In this document: positions 38,274-48,349 of the stretch, in pieces | How positions within the stretch are numbered: the stretch's first letter is position 1 | How the letters are laid out: every line of letters begins with the position of its first letter | Assembly: GCA_963733035.1 (NCBI GenBank) | Contig: CAVTBU010000005.1 | Span: forward strand, 896,001-960,000 | Source of the DNA: Pirellulales bacterium | GTDB taxonomy: Bacteria > Planctomycetota > Planctomycetia > Pirellulales > PALSA-1355 | Direction: 5' to 3' | Length of the DNA: 64,000 bases | Made by a program: the position numbers and the translations under genes | Notes under the pieces: model-generated | Told to the model about the DNA's origin: nothing | Seen by the model: only the letters and a program-made list of their open reading frames with translations | Databases searched by the model: none

Positions 38274-41200
38274 ACGCCTTGCCGGATTGCTCGAGCAGTA
38301 TCACACACGTTTGCAAGCGGGCATGGAAACTCCAGCGGCACCCGATGATACGTTGGAGTCGCCCGAACTTCTGCAGCAGTTGGAAGACGCTAGTGCCACG
38401 CTCCGGCTCATTGAGCGCGTATGTCGCTCGCACGAGTCACTGCCGAATCAGGTCGAGGGGCAGACGGCGTCCAAAGCCAGGTCGGCGGACGACTGGACCA
38501 TCGGCCGTTTCCGCATCGTGCGAGAATTGGGACGCGGTGGCCACGGAATTGTCTTTCAAGCATGGGATCCGGCCGCGATGCGGCACGTTGCGCTTAAGAC
38601 TCCACACCCCGACGTGCTATTCACGACGGAGATGCGCGAACGGTTCCTTCGCGAGGGAGTCGTGGCCGCGCGGCTTGCGCACCCGAACATTCTTTCGGTG
38701 CTGGAAGTGGGCTATAGCGGGGCTCTATACTTCATTGTAAGTCCCTATTGCCAGGGAACTTCGCTGGCAGCGTATCTCGCAGAGCATGGTCCAGTTGCGC
38801 CGTGTCTGGCAGCCAGTTGGGTGGCGGACCTTGCCGACGGGGTTGAACACGCGCATTGCCATGGAGTGCTACATAGAGACATCAAACCTGGCAATGTGCT
38901 GCTGGACGACGCAGCAAACAGCGAAGCAGCGGACGAGTCTGCTTCGAGGTTGATACCTCGGCTGACCGACTTCGGGCTAGCCAAGCTTTCAGCGCCCGAC
39001 TCCGCCGAGACGCGTGCGGGCACATTGCTTGGTACACCGGCCTATATGGCCCCCGAGCAGGTCGATTCAAGCATCGGCGACCAAGGGGCGGCAACCGACG
39101 TCTACTCGCTCGGCGTGCTGCTGTATGAGTTGCTGGTCGGGCGACCACCGTACGGCGGTGAGACTCACGCGGAAGTCATTTGCCAAGTACAGCAGGCAGA
39201 GCCGCCGGCTCCCAAGAAGCTGGGCACCAGCGTTCCGCGCGATCTGGAAGCTATCTGCATGAAGTGTCTCGATCGCAACCCAACATCGCGCTACCACGCG
39301 GCCGGCGACTTGGCCGCCGATTTACGCCGTTACCTGGCGGGTGAAGTTACTCACGCGAGACCGCTGGGATGGCTGAGAACCGCCTGGAAATGGGCGCGTC
39401 GCCGTCCCGCCACGGCAGTTGCGATCGGCATGAGTGGCGTGGCGATACTCGGGTCGGGTTTGGGTGGCGTCTGGCATATCTACCGCGTCAACGCGGCTCT
39501 CGCGTCCGCGCAAGCCGCGCGCGCCGTAGCCGAGCGGCACGAAGCAGAGTTGCAACAACTTGTGTTTTATCGCGATCTGCAGGACGCCCACCGGGCTCTC
39601 GACGACCTCGACGCAAGCAAAGCGAGCCGTTTGCTACGACGTCATGTTGACAGTGATCCCGACGGATTTCTTTGGCGACACTTGACAACACGCTGTTTCG
39701 GTAGGCCGCTGAGAACCGCAGCCCACCGAGGACATGTTCACAGCGTTCAATTCTCTCCAAACGGCCAAAGTCTGTTGACGGCAGGTGCAGATGGTCACGT
39801 CATTTTATGGAACTCAACAGGGCAGAAGCGCAAAGACTTTCGCACGATTGCGCGAGAGGCTAGTTGCGCATCTTTTGCTCCCGACGGCGAAACGTTTGCG
39901 GCAGCCGAAGGCAACCGAGTGCGCTGGTGGCAAGTCTCGACCGGCCATCAGATTTCCACGCGGGAATATGATCGACTCACGGAAATCAATTGGCTCGCCT
40001 GGTCGCCCGATGGGAAACTACTTGCGGCCGCGGGAACGCCAGGCAATGTCGTGATCATTTGGAACCTTGAAGCTGGAAGCATGCGAAGTTTTCCAGCGGC
40101 GCATCACGACGAAATCAACGAACTGAACTTCTCGCCCGACGGATCACTACTCGCCACCGCCTCAAGCGACAAAACCGTCGGTGTATGGGACGTCACCAGC
40201 GGTACCGAGAGAATTCGTTTTTCGCCGCTACAGACGCACGTCACAAGCGTGAGATTCTCGCCAGACGGTCGGTGCCTTGCGACCTGCGGTGCGTGCGGAT
40301 CCGTGAAGATTTGGCGCTTGAACGACGGATTCTGTGAGGCAACTTTTGAAACCAACACTTCACGAATCGACGCGCTCGCTTTCTCGCCGCGCGAGCCAGT
40401 CGTGGCCTTTGGTGACGGCGCGGGCATTATCCGTCAATGGAACTGGCAAGACGACACTTTACCCCAAGTGATCGACGGCGCCAGGGGCCGAATCATGGCG
40501 ATCAATTTCGCGCCGCGGGCGAGTGCATTGGCAGTCGGCGCCACCGACGGGTCGGTTAGCGTTTGGAACTACCGCACTCAATTTCGGCGAGCCGTCACTC
40601 GCCTCCAGGGATTCGGGGCGGCGGCCGCATTTTCAGCCGACAGTCAGCATCTGTTTGTCGGTGCAGCGCGGAAACGGGGCATCTTTTGCCGACGCGGGGC
40701 TCGCTGGGTTCTCGAGGACGTCACTACCGCGCGTTGCGCCTTGGGATGGATTGGCGCGGCCGAAGGCAACTGCGTGTTGGCCTACGATCGTTTTCGTCCT
40801 CGACAAATACGATCGTGGTCACTCGCCAAACCGGATAGCTTGCGTGCGGAACTGAAACTCAACGACGAACTCACAGCGATGGCCGTGACTCCAGACCAAA
40901 GGTTCGCTTTCACGGCTGAGAGGTCGCCCCAGGGAACCATCCGAGGCTGGAGCCTCGCGGAAAATCGCCACCGATTCCAGCTATCGGGCGGCCAGGTCGA
41001 GATTACCTGTATGGCCGCGTCGGCCGATGGAACGCTGCTCGCCTCGGGAGGAGGTTATGAGGCGATTCAACTTTGGAAACTTCCCGAATCGAAGCCGCGG
41101 CAGAAGCATCTGCTTGATGGCGGTGTGTATGCGCTAGCCTTCTCGCCCAATAGCAACACACTGGCCGCGGGAGGTCAAAGCGGGCTCGTACGAATTTGGG

Positions 41201-41499
41201 ACAATGAAACCGGGCAACCGGGCCCCTACACATTCTCACACGGCGAAGCTGTTACCGCTCTCGCCTTCTGTCCCGACGAGCCGTTGCTGGTCACCGGCGA
41301 TAGCGAAGGGACCGTGCGAATGTGGAGCCTCGCCAACGGGGAAGAAATGCTGACGTTAGGACGTCTGCCGGGCAAGACAGCGTTCCTGACGTTCTCGCCA
41401 GACGCCCAATGGCTGGCCGCCGGAAGTGAAGGGAGCGACGGTGCCGAGGGGGAAACGCGCCTTTGGCATGCTCCGAAGGACATTCGAGACATCTGGTAG
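38266..41499 (+). CDS. Hanks-type Ser/Thr protein kinase with TM helix and WD40 repeats
   Basis: LGRGGHGIV, VALK, HRDIKPGNVLL, TDFGLAK, GTPAYMAPEQ, DVYSLG; TM after RRRP; many FSPDG..LA...D..V..WD repeats. Confidence 0.95.
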   Translation: MDERLAGLLEQYHTRLQAGMETPAAPDDTLESPELLQQLEDASATLRLIERVCRSHESLPNQVEGQTASKARSADDWTIGRFRIVRELGRGGHGIVFQAWDPAAMRHVALKTPHPDVLFTTEMRERFLREGVVAARLAHPNILSVLEVGYSGALYFIVSPYCQGTSLAAYLAEHGPVAPCLAASWVADLADGVEHAHCHGVLHRDIKPGNVLLDDAANSEAADESASRLIPRLTDFGLAKLSAPDSAETRAGTLLGTPAYMAPEQVDSSIGDQGAATDVYSLGVLLYELLVGRPPYGGETHAEVICQVQQAEPPAPKKLGTSVPRDLEAICMKCLDRNPTSRYHAAGDLAADLRRYLAGEVTHARPLGWLRTAWKWARRRPATAVAIGMSGVAILGSGLGGVWHIYRVNAALASAQAARAVAERHEAELQQLVFYRDLQDAHRALDDLDASKASRLLRRHVDSDPDGFLWRHLTTRCFGRPLRTAAHRGHVHSVQFSPNGQSLLTAGADGHVILWNSTGQKRKDFRTIAREASCASFAPDGETFAAAEGNRVRWWQVSTGHQISTREYDRLTEINWLAWSPDGKLLAAAGTPGNVVIIWNLEAGSMRSFPAAHHDEINELNFSPDGSLLATASSDKTVGVWDVTSGTERIRFSPLQTHVTSVRFSPDGRCLATCGACGSVKIWRLNDGFCEATFETNTSRIDALAFSPREPVVAFGDGAGIIRQWNWQDDTLPQVIDGARGRIMAINFAPRASALAVGATDGSVSVWNYRTQFRRAVTRLQGFGAAAAFSADSQHLFVGAARKRGIFCRRGARWVLEDVTTARCALGWIGAAEGNCVLAYDRFRPRQIRSWSLAKPDSLRAELKLNDELTAMAVTPDQRFAFTAERSPQGTIRGWSLAENRHRFQLSGGQVEITCMAASADGTLLASGGGYEAIQLWKLPESKPRQKHLLDGGVYALAFSPNSNTLAAGGQSGLVRIWDNETGQPGPYTFSHGEAVTALAFCPDEPLLVTGDSEGTVRMWSLANGEEMLTLGRLPGKTAFLTFSPDAQWLAAGSEGSDGAEGETRLWHAPKDIRDIW

Positions 41500-41512
41500 G
41501 TAGCCGAGCGAA

Positions 41513-42352
41513 CTACGTGCCCCAATCGCGCGGATAGCGAAAATCGCGATCCACGGTCCGGTTGGTGAGTTTGGCAATTACCGGCAGACGGCGCTTGTAT
41601 TGATTTCGCCGAACCATTCGCACGACCTGTTCGACGAATTCCGTCTCGAATCCCGCGCGCACCGCCTGCGCCGGCTGCCAACGCCGATCGACCAATAGGA
41701 CTAACAATCGGTCAACCTCGTCATAGCTGAAGCCCAACTCACCCTCGTCCGTCTGACCAACCCAAAGATCGCCGCTGGGCGCCTTTTTGAGGATCGAGTC
41801 CGGTACATGCAGATACGCGGCGAGTTGCCGAAGCTGTGTCTTGTACAAGTCGCCAATCGGATTGATGGCCGATGCCAAATCGCCGAACTGAGTGCCATAT
41901 CCCAAGAGCAGTTCGGTCTTGTTGCTCGTGCCCACAACCAGGCCCTCGAAAGCCGCACTCTGATCGTAGAGAATCGTCATCCGTTCGCGGGCACATTTGT
42001 TGGCCAACCGCATTTGCGTCATCTTGGGCATCGCGGCCACGAAGGCGTCGATTTGTGGAGTGATGGGCGCTTCGAGTGATTGCATACCAAGTGCCGCCAC
42101 GACGGCGGCACTGTCGCGTCGAGTCTCTTCACTCGATGTCTTATACGGCATGGTGACGGCGAGAACGTTTTCCGCCCCCATCGCTCGCACCGCCAAATAC
42201 GCGACGACGCTCGAATCGATGCCTCCGGACAATCCAAACACGGCCCGGTGAAAGCCGGTTCGCCCGATTTCGTTGCGGATAAAGCGAGTGAGGATCTCGG
42301 CGACCAATTCCGGATTGATGGAAAGATCTTTTCCGGCGGCGTCACGTTTCAT
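41513..42352 (-). CDS. nadE: NAD+ synthase (synthetase subunit)
   Basis: GLSGGIDS, GTSNKTE..GYGT..GD, NPIGDLYKT, PSGDLW.GQTDE. Confidence 0.95.
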   Translation of the reverse strand: MKRDAAGKDLSINPELVAEILTRFIRNEIGRTGFHRAVFGLSGGIDSSVVAYLAVRAMGAENVLAVTMPYKTSSEETRRDSAAVVAALGMQSLEAPITPQIDAFVAAMPKMTQMRLANKCARERMTILYDQSAAFEGLVVGTSNKTELLLGYGTQFGDLASAINPIGDLYKTQLRQLAAYLHVPDSILKKAPSGDLWVGQTDEGELGFSYDEVDRLLVLLVDRRWQPAQAVRAGFETEFVEQVVRMVRRNQYKRRLPVIAKLTNRTVDRDFRYPRDWGT

Positions 42353-43220
42353 AGCGCCTCCGCTTGATCCGCAGAAGTTCCTCGATGGTCGTGAGAAGTT
42401 GCTCGTCGCGTCCCAGCGGCGTGATGAGGCGTTCGCGGCGCAACTCCACGAGATCACAAGTGACGAGCGACAAGCACTCATCAAACTGTGGGGCCTCGAA
42501 CAGCACCTGGCCGTCCGGTCCGACGACCATGCTGTTGCCGAAGAAACACAATCCGTCTTCGAAGCCCACGCGATTTACCACAATCACCAGTGCGCCAAGC
42601 AACTGCGAAAAGGTGCGGGCCAACAATTGATAGGTCTCGGCCGTGCCAATTCTCGGACCGTCGACTCCTCGGGCCGGCGAATTGATGATGCAAATCAGCA
42701 CGTCGACTTCTTCGGCCTGCATTATCGTGGCGGATGAAACGTGCCAGAAGTCTTCGCAAATAACGATGCCCACGCGGCCAAAGCCGGCAGCGTTGAATGC
42801 CTGAAATCGTTTGCCCGCGGAAAAGTACCGCTGTTCTTCGAATAAGCCGTAGGTCGGCAGGTATACTTTTCGGTGCACATGTAGGATCTTGCCGGCCTCG
42901 GCATAAAACGCAGCATTGTAGAACTGATGCCCGGGCCCTTCCTCCACAAATCCGGCGATGAGCGCCGTTGGCCCGGCTGCGTCAACGAGACGCGTGAGTT
43001 CGACGCTGGCGCGGTCCAATGCCACGTCGGGAACCATGTCGCGTAGAAAATAGCCTGTTAGTGAAAGCTCCGGAAACACGATTAGATCGGCACCGTTGCG
43101 GCGGGCGGCCGCAATCTGCTCTAGGTGCTTCTGCAGATTCTGCTGTCGATCGCCCAACGACGGGGCAATTTGGGCAAGCGCCACGCGGAGTGAACTTGAA
43201 TCGCCCACCACTGCCGGCAT
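42342..43220 (-). CDS. Nitrilase/carbon-nitrogen hydrolase, probable glutaminase subunit of NAD synthetase
   Basis: Glu-Lys-Cys triad (FPELSLTGY, HRKVYLPTYGLFEEQRYF, ICEDFW); overlaps the nadE start. Confidence 0.88.
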   Translation of the reverse strand: MPAVVGDSSSLRVALAQIAPSLGDRQQNLQKHLEQIAAARRNGADLIVFPELSLTGYFLRDMVPDVALDRASVELTRLVDAAGPTALIAGFVEEGPGHQFYNAAFYAEAGKILHVHRKVYLPTYGLFEEQRYFSAGKRFQAFNAAGFGRVGIVICEDFWHVSSATIMQAEEVDVLICIINSPARGVDGPRIGTAETYQLLARTFSQLLGALVIVVNRVGFEDGLCFFGNSMVVGPDGQVLFEAPQFDECLSLVTCDLVELRRERLITPLGRDEQLLTTIEELLRIKRRRYET

Positions 43221-43406
43221 CGCCTGCGGATCTGTGCTGGATGTTGCGGACGTGGTCACGCGTGATTGTCCAGGATATAACAGCGAAGTGCCTGTAATAA
43301 AGCTTCGGGCGCACTCGCCTGGTGTCAAGCGAAACACCGCTTGAGAATCGATCAGCCAATCGGGGATTCGCTCGCAGTGTGCGAGTATTGTGACCCGCGG
43401 GACACG

Positions 43407-44264
43407 CTATTTCGCATCCGCAGTCGGCAGTCCGAATCTCGCCAGCGTCCAATCCTGCGTTTGTCCGTTGTCGAACCGTAGCCGTGCACTACCTTCGGGT
43501 CGGGTGAGACTTACGAGCGACACCTCAAACTCCGCGGACGAAAGAGCATCGGCCTTGAAAGTTGCCAATTGAGTTTGCTTGTCGAGTTTGCCGCTTAGGG
43601 GCAATTCCTGCCCGGTCACCACGTCATAGTAGTTGCCATGCAACTCGCCTTGCTTGCTGACGGCGAGTTGTAACAGCGCGCTCGGATCCCGCGCTCCGGC
43701 CGGGCCCAATGCAAAGACGCCCAGCGACAAGTAGTCGCCAGCGGCGGGAATCTCGACAGGTGGAGGGGTTACCGAATCGCTCGTAAAGACGTTGTCGCCC
43801 AACGCGGTGCTTGCGGGCGCGGCCACGGCGATCCCTAACCAAGCCGAGACGGTGCCAATCGAAGCAACAGCCCAAGCATCGGCATGGGGATGCGTGTAAT
43901 GCCAAGCCTTGGGGTGATCGGCGTACCAGGCAGGGGTGAACGGCCGATTGCCAGACGACAGCTCAGCCTTGAGTTGTCCACCCGGTGCAAGACTGCCAGT
44001 CAGGCTGCCCGGCAGCGCTGGCAGATTTTCACCAGCCTTCGCGGTCAGAGCATCCAAGGCGCCGTTATCGATCGCCGTTTGAATCTTCCCACCAAGGTTT
44101 TCGAGCCGCTGGCGAAACTGACCGTCGTTCCGTGGCGTCGAGTTTGGACTGGGTGCGGCACGCAGTCGGTCACCAAGCCGCCTTCCTAGCTGAGCCTCGG
44201 CATCTGAATATAGACCTCCCAAGACGAGCAACACCGCCACGGACGACCAAATTGGCTTGCGCAT
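43407..44264 (-). CDS. Hypothetical secreted protein
   Basis: Signal peptide, PFTPAWYADHPKAW, LSLGVFAL...LQLAVSKQG..GNYYD; no function recognised. Confidence 0.65.
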   Translation of the reverse strand: MRKPIWSSVAVLLVLGGLYSDAEAQLGRRLGDRLRAAPSPNSTPRNDGQFRQRLENLGGKIQTAIDNGALDALTAKAGENLPALPGSLTGSLAPGGQLKAELSSGNRPFTPAWYADHPKAWHYTHPHADAWAVASIGTVSAWLGIAVAAPASTALGDNVFTSDSVTPPPVEIPAAGDYLSLGVFALGPAGARDPSALLQLAVSKQGELHGNYYDVVTGQELPLSGKLDKQTQLATFKADALSSAEFEVSLVSLTRPEGSARLRFDNGQTQDWTLARFGLPTADAK

Positions 44265-44438
44265 CGAACACCTATTCACAAAACGCTAAAATGACAAACC
44301 TAGTCGGAGCCGAACGCCTAAAGCCCTTCCCTGCGCGGGGATACCAAAACCTAGCTTACGGTGTTCGACTCCCATTATGGGAAAAACCGCCAAGAATACG
44401 GGCCAAAATCCGCAGCAAGCGGCGTGCCAGGGCCTGAA

Positions 44439-45305
44439 TTATTGGCCGAGCGAAACTCGAATGGCGGCAGAGAGGTCTCGGCGCGTCGTTGGCGAGTACT
44501 CCAAATCAAACCAGAGAATCTTTCCGGACGCGTCGAGAAGGTACGTCCGGGGCAGCTTTCCAGTGGCAACTTGCTTGAGCGCCTCGCCGTCGGAATCGCT
44601 AAGGACGGGGTAGCCGGTACCCGCATGGTTGGCCAGTTCGTGCGCCAATTGCGGCTTGTCGCCAGTGTTGATCGCGACGACCGCTAGGCCCTTGTCGCCG
44701 AAGCGGGGCAAATAATAGCGGCTCAGGTCCGAAAGCTCCTCCAATCCGGTCGCCTGTGTCGCATTCCAAAACACGACTAACGTCAGCTTCGGACCGAACA
44801 ATTCGGTTAGCGATCGCTTCTCACCGTCGAGATTTGGCAATTCAAGATTGGGAAACGGGTCGGCGACTCGAACTTTGCAAAGCGAGGCATGCTGTTCGCT
44901 GAGCACAACCTCAGGAATCGCGAGATCAGCGGTCTCAACGCGATCATATGGCAACGGCGCTTTGGCAGCAGACAGCGGTGCGGGTGGTTCCGCGGCGGCC
45001 TGTGAAAGGGCTGGTTTCTTGGCCGACCCTTCGGAGTCCGTCGGTGGCTGGGTGGGAACATCGATCGCTGGAGGCTTGGTATTCTCGGCCCGTGCGACTT
45101 CCGCAATTGGTTCGTCGCCAGCTGTGCTGTCGGCGGTACTCTCAACATCAGAGGCGGCTGCCGGTGCGTGTTCCGATACCTGTTCAGCGGTAGCTGCTTC
45201 GCTCGAGGACGCGTCAGGCGCTGTGCCTTTGGCGCAGCCCCAACAGAGGAGGCCGAGTGCGGCGAACAGGCCAAAAATGAGATCGTTCCGAACGTGTCTG
45301 GGCAT
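44439..45305 (-). CDS. Redoxin/TlpA-fold lipoprotein lacking CxxC
   Basis: Lipobox CWGC, Pro/Ala/Glu-rich linker, VADPFPNLELPNLDG, VVFWNATQ, LPRTYLLDASGKI. Confidence 0.75.
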   Translation of the reverse strand: MPRHVRNDLIFGLFAALGLLCWGCAKGTAPDASSSEAATAEQVSEHAPAAASDVESTADSTAGDEPIAEVARAENTKPPAIDVPTQPPTDSEGSAKKPALSQAAAEPPAPLSAAKAPLPYDRVETADLAIPEVVLSEQHASLCKVRVADPFPNLELPNLDGEKRSLTELFGPKLTLVVFWNATQATGLEELSDLSRYYLPRFGDKGLAVVAINTGDKPQLAHELANHAGTGYPVLSDSDGEALKQVATGKLPRTYLLDASGKILWFDLEYSPTTRRDLSAAIRVSLGQ

Positions 45306-45403
45306 CTGGCTGGCTCCTTCCGCGAAACGCTCACCCTGGCAATGGTCCCGCCCGGGCCGACTCGCGTGTAAGAGCTACATTCTTCCCGAGCGGTCTACCA
45401 GCG

Positions 45404-47189
45404 TCAACGCCTGCTAGCGGCTTCTACATCGCGAATTTGGATGCCTAATTCCCGCAACTGTTTGGCGTCGACGCGACCTGGCGCCTCGGTCATCAGGTCG
45501 GTCGCCCGTTGCGTTTTCGGAAATGCAATGCAATCGCGAATATTATCCAGGTTGCCGAAGATCATTACGAAGCGGTCGAGCCCGAGGGCGATGCCACCGT
45601 GTGGCGGAGCGCCATATGCGAGTGCATCGAGCAAGAAACCGAATCGCTCGCGCTGCTGATCGGCCGAGATGCCCAGCAGGCCAAATACCTGCTGTTGCAC
45701 AACCGAATCGTGAATTCGAATCGTCCCACCGCCGGCTTCCATTCCGTTGATGACCAGATCGTACGCTTGGGCGCGGCACTTTCCCGGGTCACTCGCCAAC
45801 ATGGAAATATCTTGGGGACGGGGCGCCGTAAATGGATGATGCATTGCAGCCCATCCACCGGTCTCCTCGTCGTGTGCGAACATGGGAAACTCGACGACCC
45901 AGGAAAAGTGCTTCGAATCGGGATCGTACAGCTTGAGGTCCACGCCAAATCGCTTTCGCAAGCCGTTCAGCGCTTTGCAGGTCGTTTCGAAACGGTCTGC
46001 CACAAAGGCCAACAAGTCACCAGGTTCGGCTGACATTCGTTGGCCAATTCTGTCGAGCAGTTCGGTGCTGAAATTTTTGGCAATGGGCGATGCCAATGTC
46101 CCCCCCTCCTCGACCTTGAACCAGGCCAGGCCTTTGGCACCGAAATCCTGCACGACAAAGTTCGTCAGTTCGTCGATTCCCTTGCGTGAATAGTTTGCTG
46201 CTCCTCCCTTAGCGTTGATGCCGCGAACGCGACCGCCGTCGTCGGCCGTCGCGCGAAAAACGCGGAAATCGCACTCGCTGGCGATGTCGGTCAAATCCAC
46301 GATTTCCAGGCCGAAACGCAGGTCGGTGCGCGTCATGTCCAAATCGCTCCATCACTTCGTCATATGTCATTCGTGGCAATGGCAGCGACAACTCGATTCC
46401 CAAAATATCTTTCGCCAAGTGAGCAACCAGGCCGTCGATGAGTCCCATAACGTCGTCGGCGTCAACAAACGACATTTCGAGGTCCAACTGCGTGAACTCC
46501 GGCTGACGGTCAGCTCGCAGGTCCTCATCGCGAAAGCAACGGGCAACCTGCACGTAACGGTCGTAGCCGGCGATCATCAAGATTTGCTTGTACAACTGCG
46601 GCGACTGAGGCAGCGCGTAGAAGCTACCGTGATGGATGCGGCTGGGCACCAAGTAATCGCGGGCGCCCTCGGGCGTGCTCCGGCCGAGCATCGGCGTTTC
46701 AATGTCGACAAACCCATGGTCGTCGAAGAACTTGCGCATGCCCAAGGTAATACGATGCCGCAGCAGCATTGCAGCTTGCATTTCGGTGCGGCGCAAATCG
46801 AGATAGCGATACTTCAGCCGCAGATCTTCGTTGGGCAGTTCCAACCCGCCCGGCTGAAACGGTGGCGTCTGGCTCTTGTTGAGCAAAACAAGCCGGGTGG
46901 GCCGAATCTCAATTTCACCGGTGGCCAGTTTGGGATTGACGGTCCCCTCGGGTCGCGGGGCCACTTTCCCGGTCACGGAGATCACGAATTCGCTGCGCAG
47001 CGATCGGGCCAGTTGTTGCGTCTCGACGCCGCAGTCGGGGTCAAACGCGATCTGCGTCTTGCCGTAGCGGTCGCGCAAGTCGATGAAAATAATGCCGCGA
47101 TGGTCGCGGTAGCTATCAACCCAGCCGCAAACCGTGACTTCCTCGCCAATGTGCCGCGTGTTAAGTTCGCCGCACGTATGAGTCCGCAT
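45404..47189 (-). CDS. aspS: Aspartate--tRNA(Asp/Asn) ligase, non-discriminating type (frameshift near 46328, probably a sequence error)
   Basis: [50 protein letters not shown]; the second frame continues DLRFG...HHPFT...[14 protein letters not shown]...FPKT. Confidence 0.95.
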
Positions 47190-47362
47190 CAACGCCACAT
47201 CTCCCAAAGTCGTTTCGGCCCAGTTTTCGCCCTGGTTCACTCAAATGAACCGCATATCCTACTCTAGACCAGCCCCCGCACGTAAGGTGACAGGGCGGTA
47301 TCGTGTCGCGGCCCGGTCACGCCGTGCTTTGCCCCGTTCTGAAGAGATAATGCCACGAGCGC

Positions 47363-47393
47363 AAAGAAAAAGCCGTCCTGCGGGGGGACGGCT
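47363..47393 (-). terminator. Intrinsic terminator after the PEP-CTERM gene
   Basis: AGCCGTCC-loop-GGACGGCT followed by TTTTCTTT on the minus strand. Confidence 0.75.
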
Positions 47394-47438
47394 CTAAGGA
47401 CGCATTTAAGGTTTGCGGCAGATTACGTCGGCCGTGGC

Positions 47439-48128
47439 CTATTTGCGACGACGACGCCCGCCGACCAAGGCCAAACCGCAGGCACCCAGCGTCCCCAGGA
47501 CGACGGAAGCAGGTTCCGGCACCGGCACGAAATTATACGTGACCGTGACCAGGCCGCTGGTGGCAAAGTTGCTCACCTGAATCGTACTGTCACTCACGCC
47601 GGAAACCGAGAAGCCACCGTTACCGTTGACGTTGGCGTTGAAGTTGCCGGCACCAATGTAGGGAGCCAAACCGGCGATGATCGTATCGGAGTCCGAGTCG
47701 CTACCAGAAATCGATCCAAAATCGACGAAGTCGGGCCCGGAGCCGGGGTTTCCGTCCGAGGCACTAACCGCAACCGGGCCGGCCGATTGCAAAACCGCAG
47801 CTGTCGCCGAAAGTCCAGAGGAGGTTGCGCCCACCAACCCTGTAAGGTCGACTCCCATGTTTCCCCCGATGACCGAATCATTTTCAGCCGTGACGTCAGC
47901 ACCAACTGTGGCGTCAACTTTGAGTTCCACGCTAGCCAAGGTCTGGCCGGGAAACGCTGAGGGATCCCATTGAGGGAGCGAAACGACTTGACTTCCGGGC
48001 GATAGCGCGAAGCCGAAACCGTTATTGTAGGAGATAGTGCCCGCCTGAGCGACCGACAGCACCAGCGATACGAGGAGAAGGGAGACAGCACCGATTTTGG
48101 CTAGTCGTCACGGCGAAGATTTTTCCAT
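47439..48128 (-). CDS. PEP-CTERM sorting-domain protein (choice-of-anchor E-like); in-frame TGA at codon 7
   Basis: C-terminus VTYNFVPVPEPASVVLGTLGACGLALVGGRRRRK; SLPQWDP..TLASVEL N-domain. ATG 48128 reads MEKSSP*RLAKIGAVSLLLVSLVLSVAQA (signal peptide). Confidence 0.85.
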
Positions 48129-48216
48129 TGAGCGGCCCTTTCGGTGATTTATCCGTTCGTATGCAATGTATGGCTTTGACAGGCGCAAAGTGGTTTTGCG
48201 TTAGCCAACTCGGCCG

Positions 48217-48244
48217 AGTCTAATCGAAAAAACGGAACCGTCAA
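48217..48244 (-). promoter_or_regulatory. Putative sigma70 promoter of the PEP-CTERM gene
   Basis: Minus strand TTGACG-16 nt-TAGACT in AT-rich intergenic DNA. Confidence 0.5.
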
Positions 48245-48349
48245 TCTTTTTCCTGAAAATTAACTTGCCGAAAAACTCCTTCTAAGAATAACGACTTACG
48301 ATCAATTTGCGCGTTTTTTCCGCAGTTTTCACCACCCGAATATGAGAAT

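Noticed and set aside
46320..46340. Programmed ribosomal frameshift or true pseudogene in aspS
   Set aside because: No slippery heptamer, the gene is normally essential and both halves are conserved; a sequence error is more parsimonious.
46215..47267. Long antisense ORFs (this 350-aa one; also 57169-58134, 28403-29230, 24391-25185)
   Set aside because: Shadow ORFs opposite well-supported genes, expected from high-GC codon bias; no recognisable motifs.
48108..48110. Selenocysteine or recoded TGA
   Set aside because: It lies in a signal-peptide n-region with no SECIS-like stem recognised, and TGA acts as a normal stop in many genes here.
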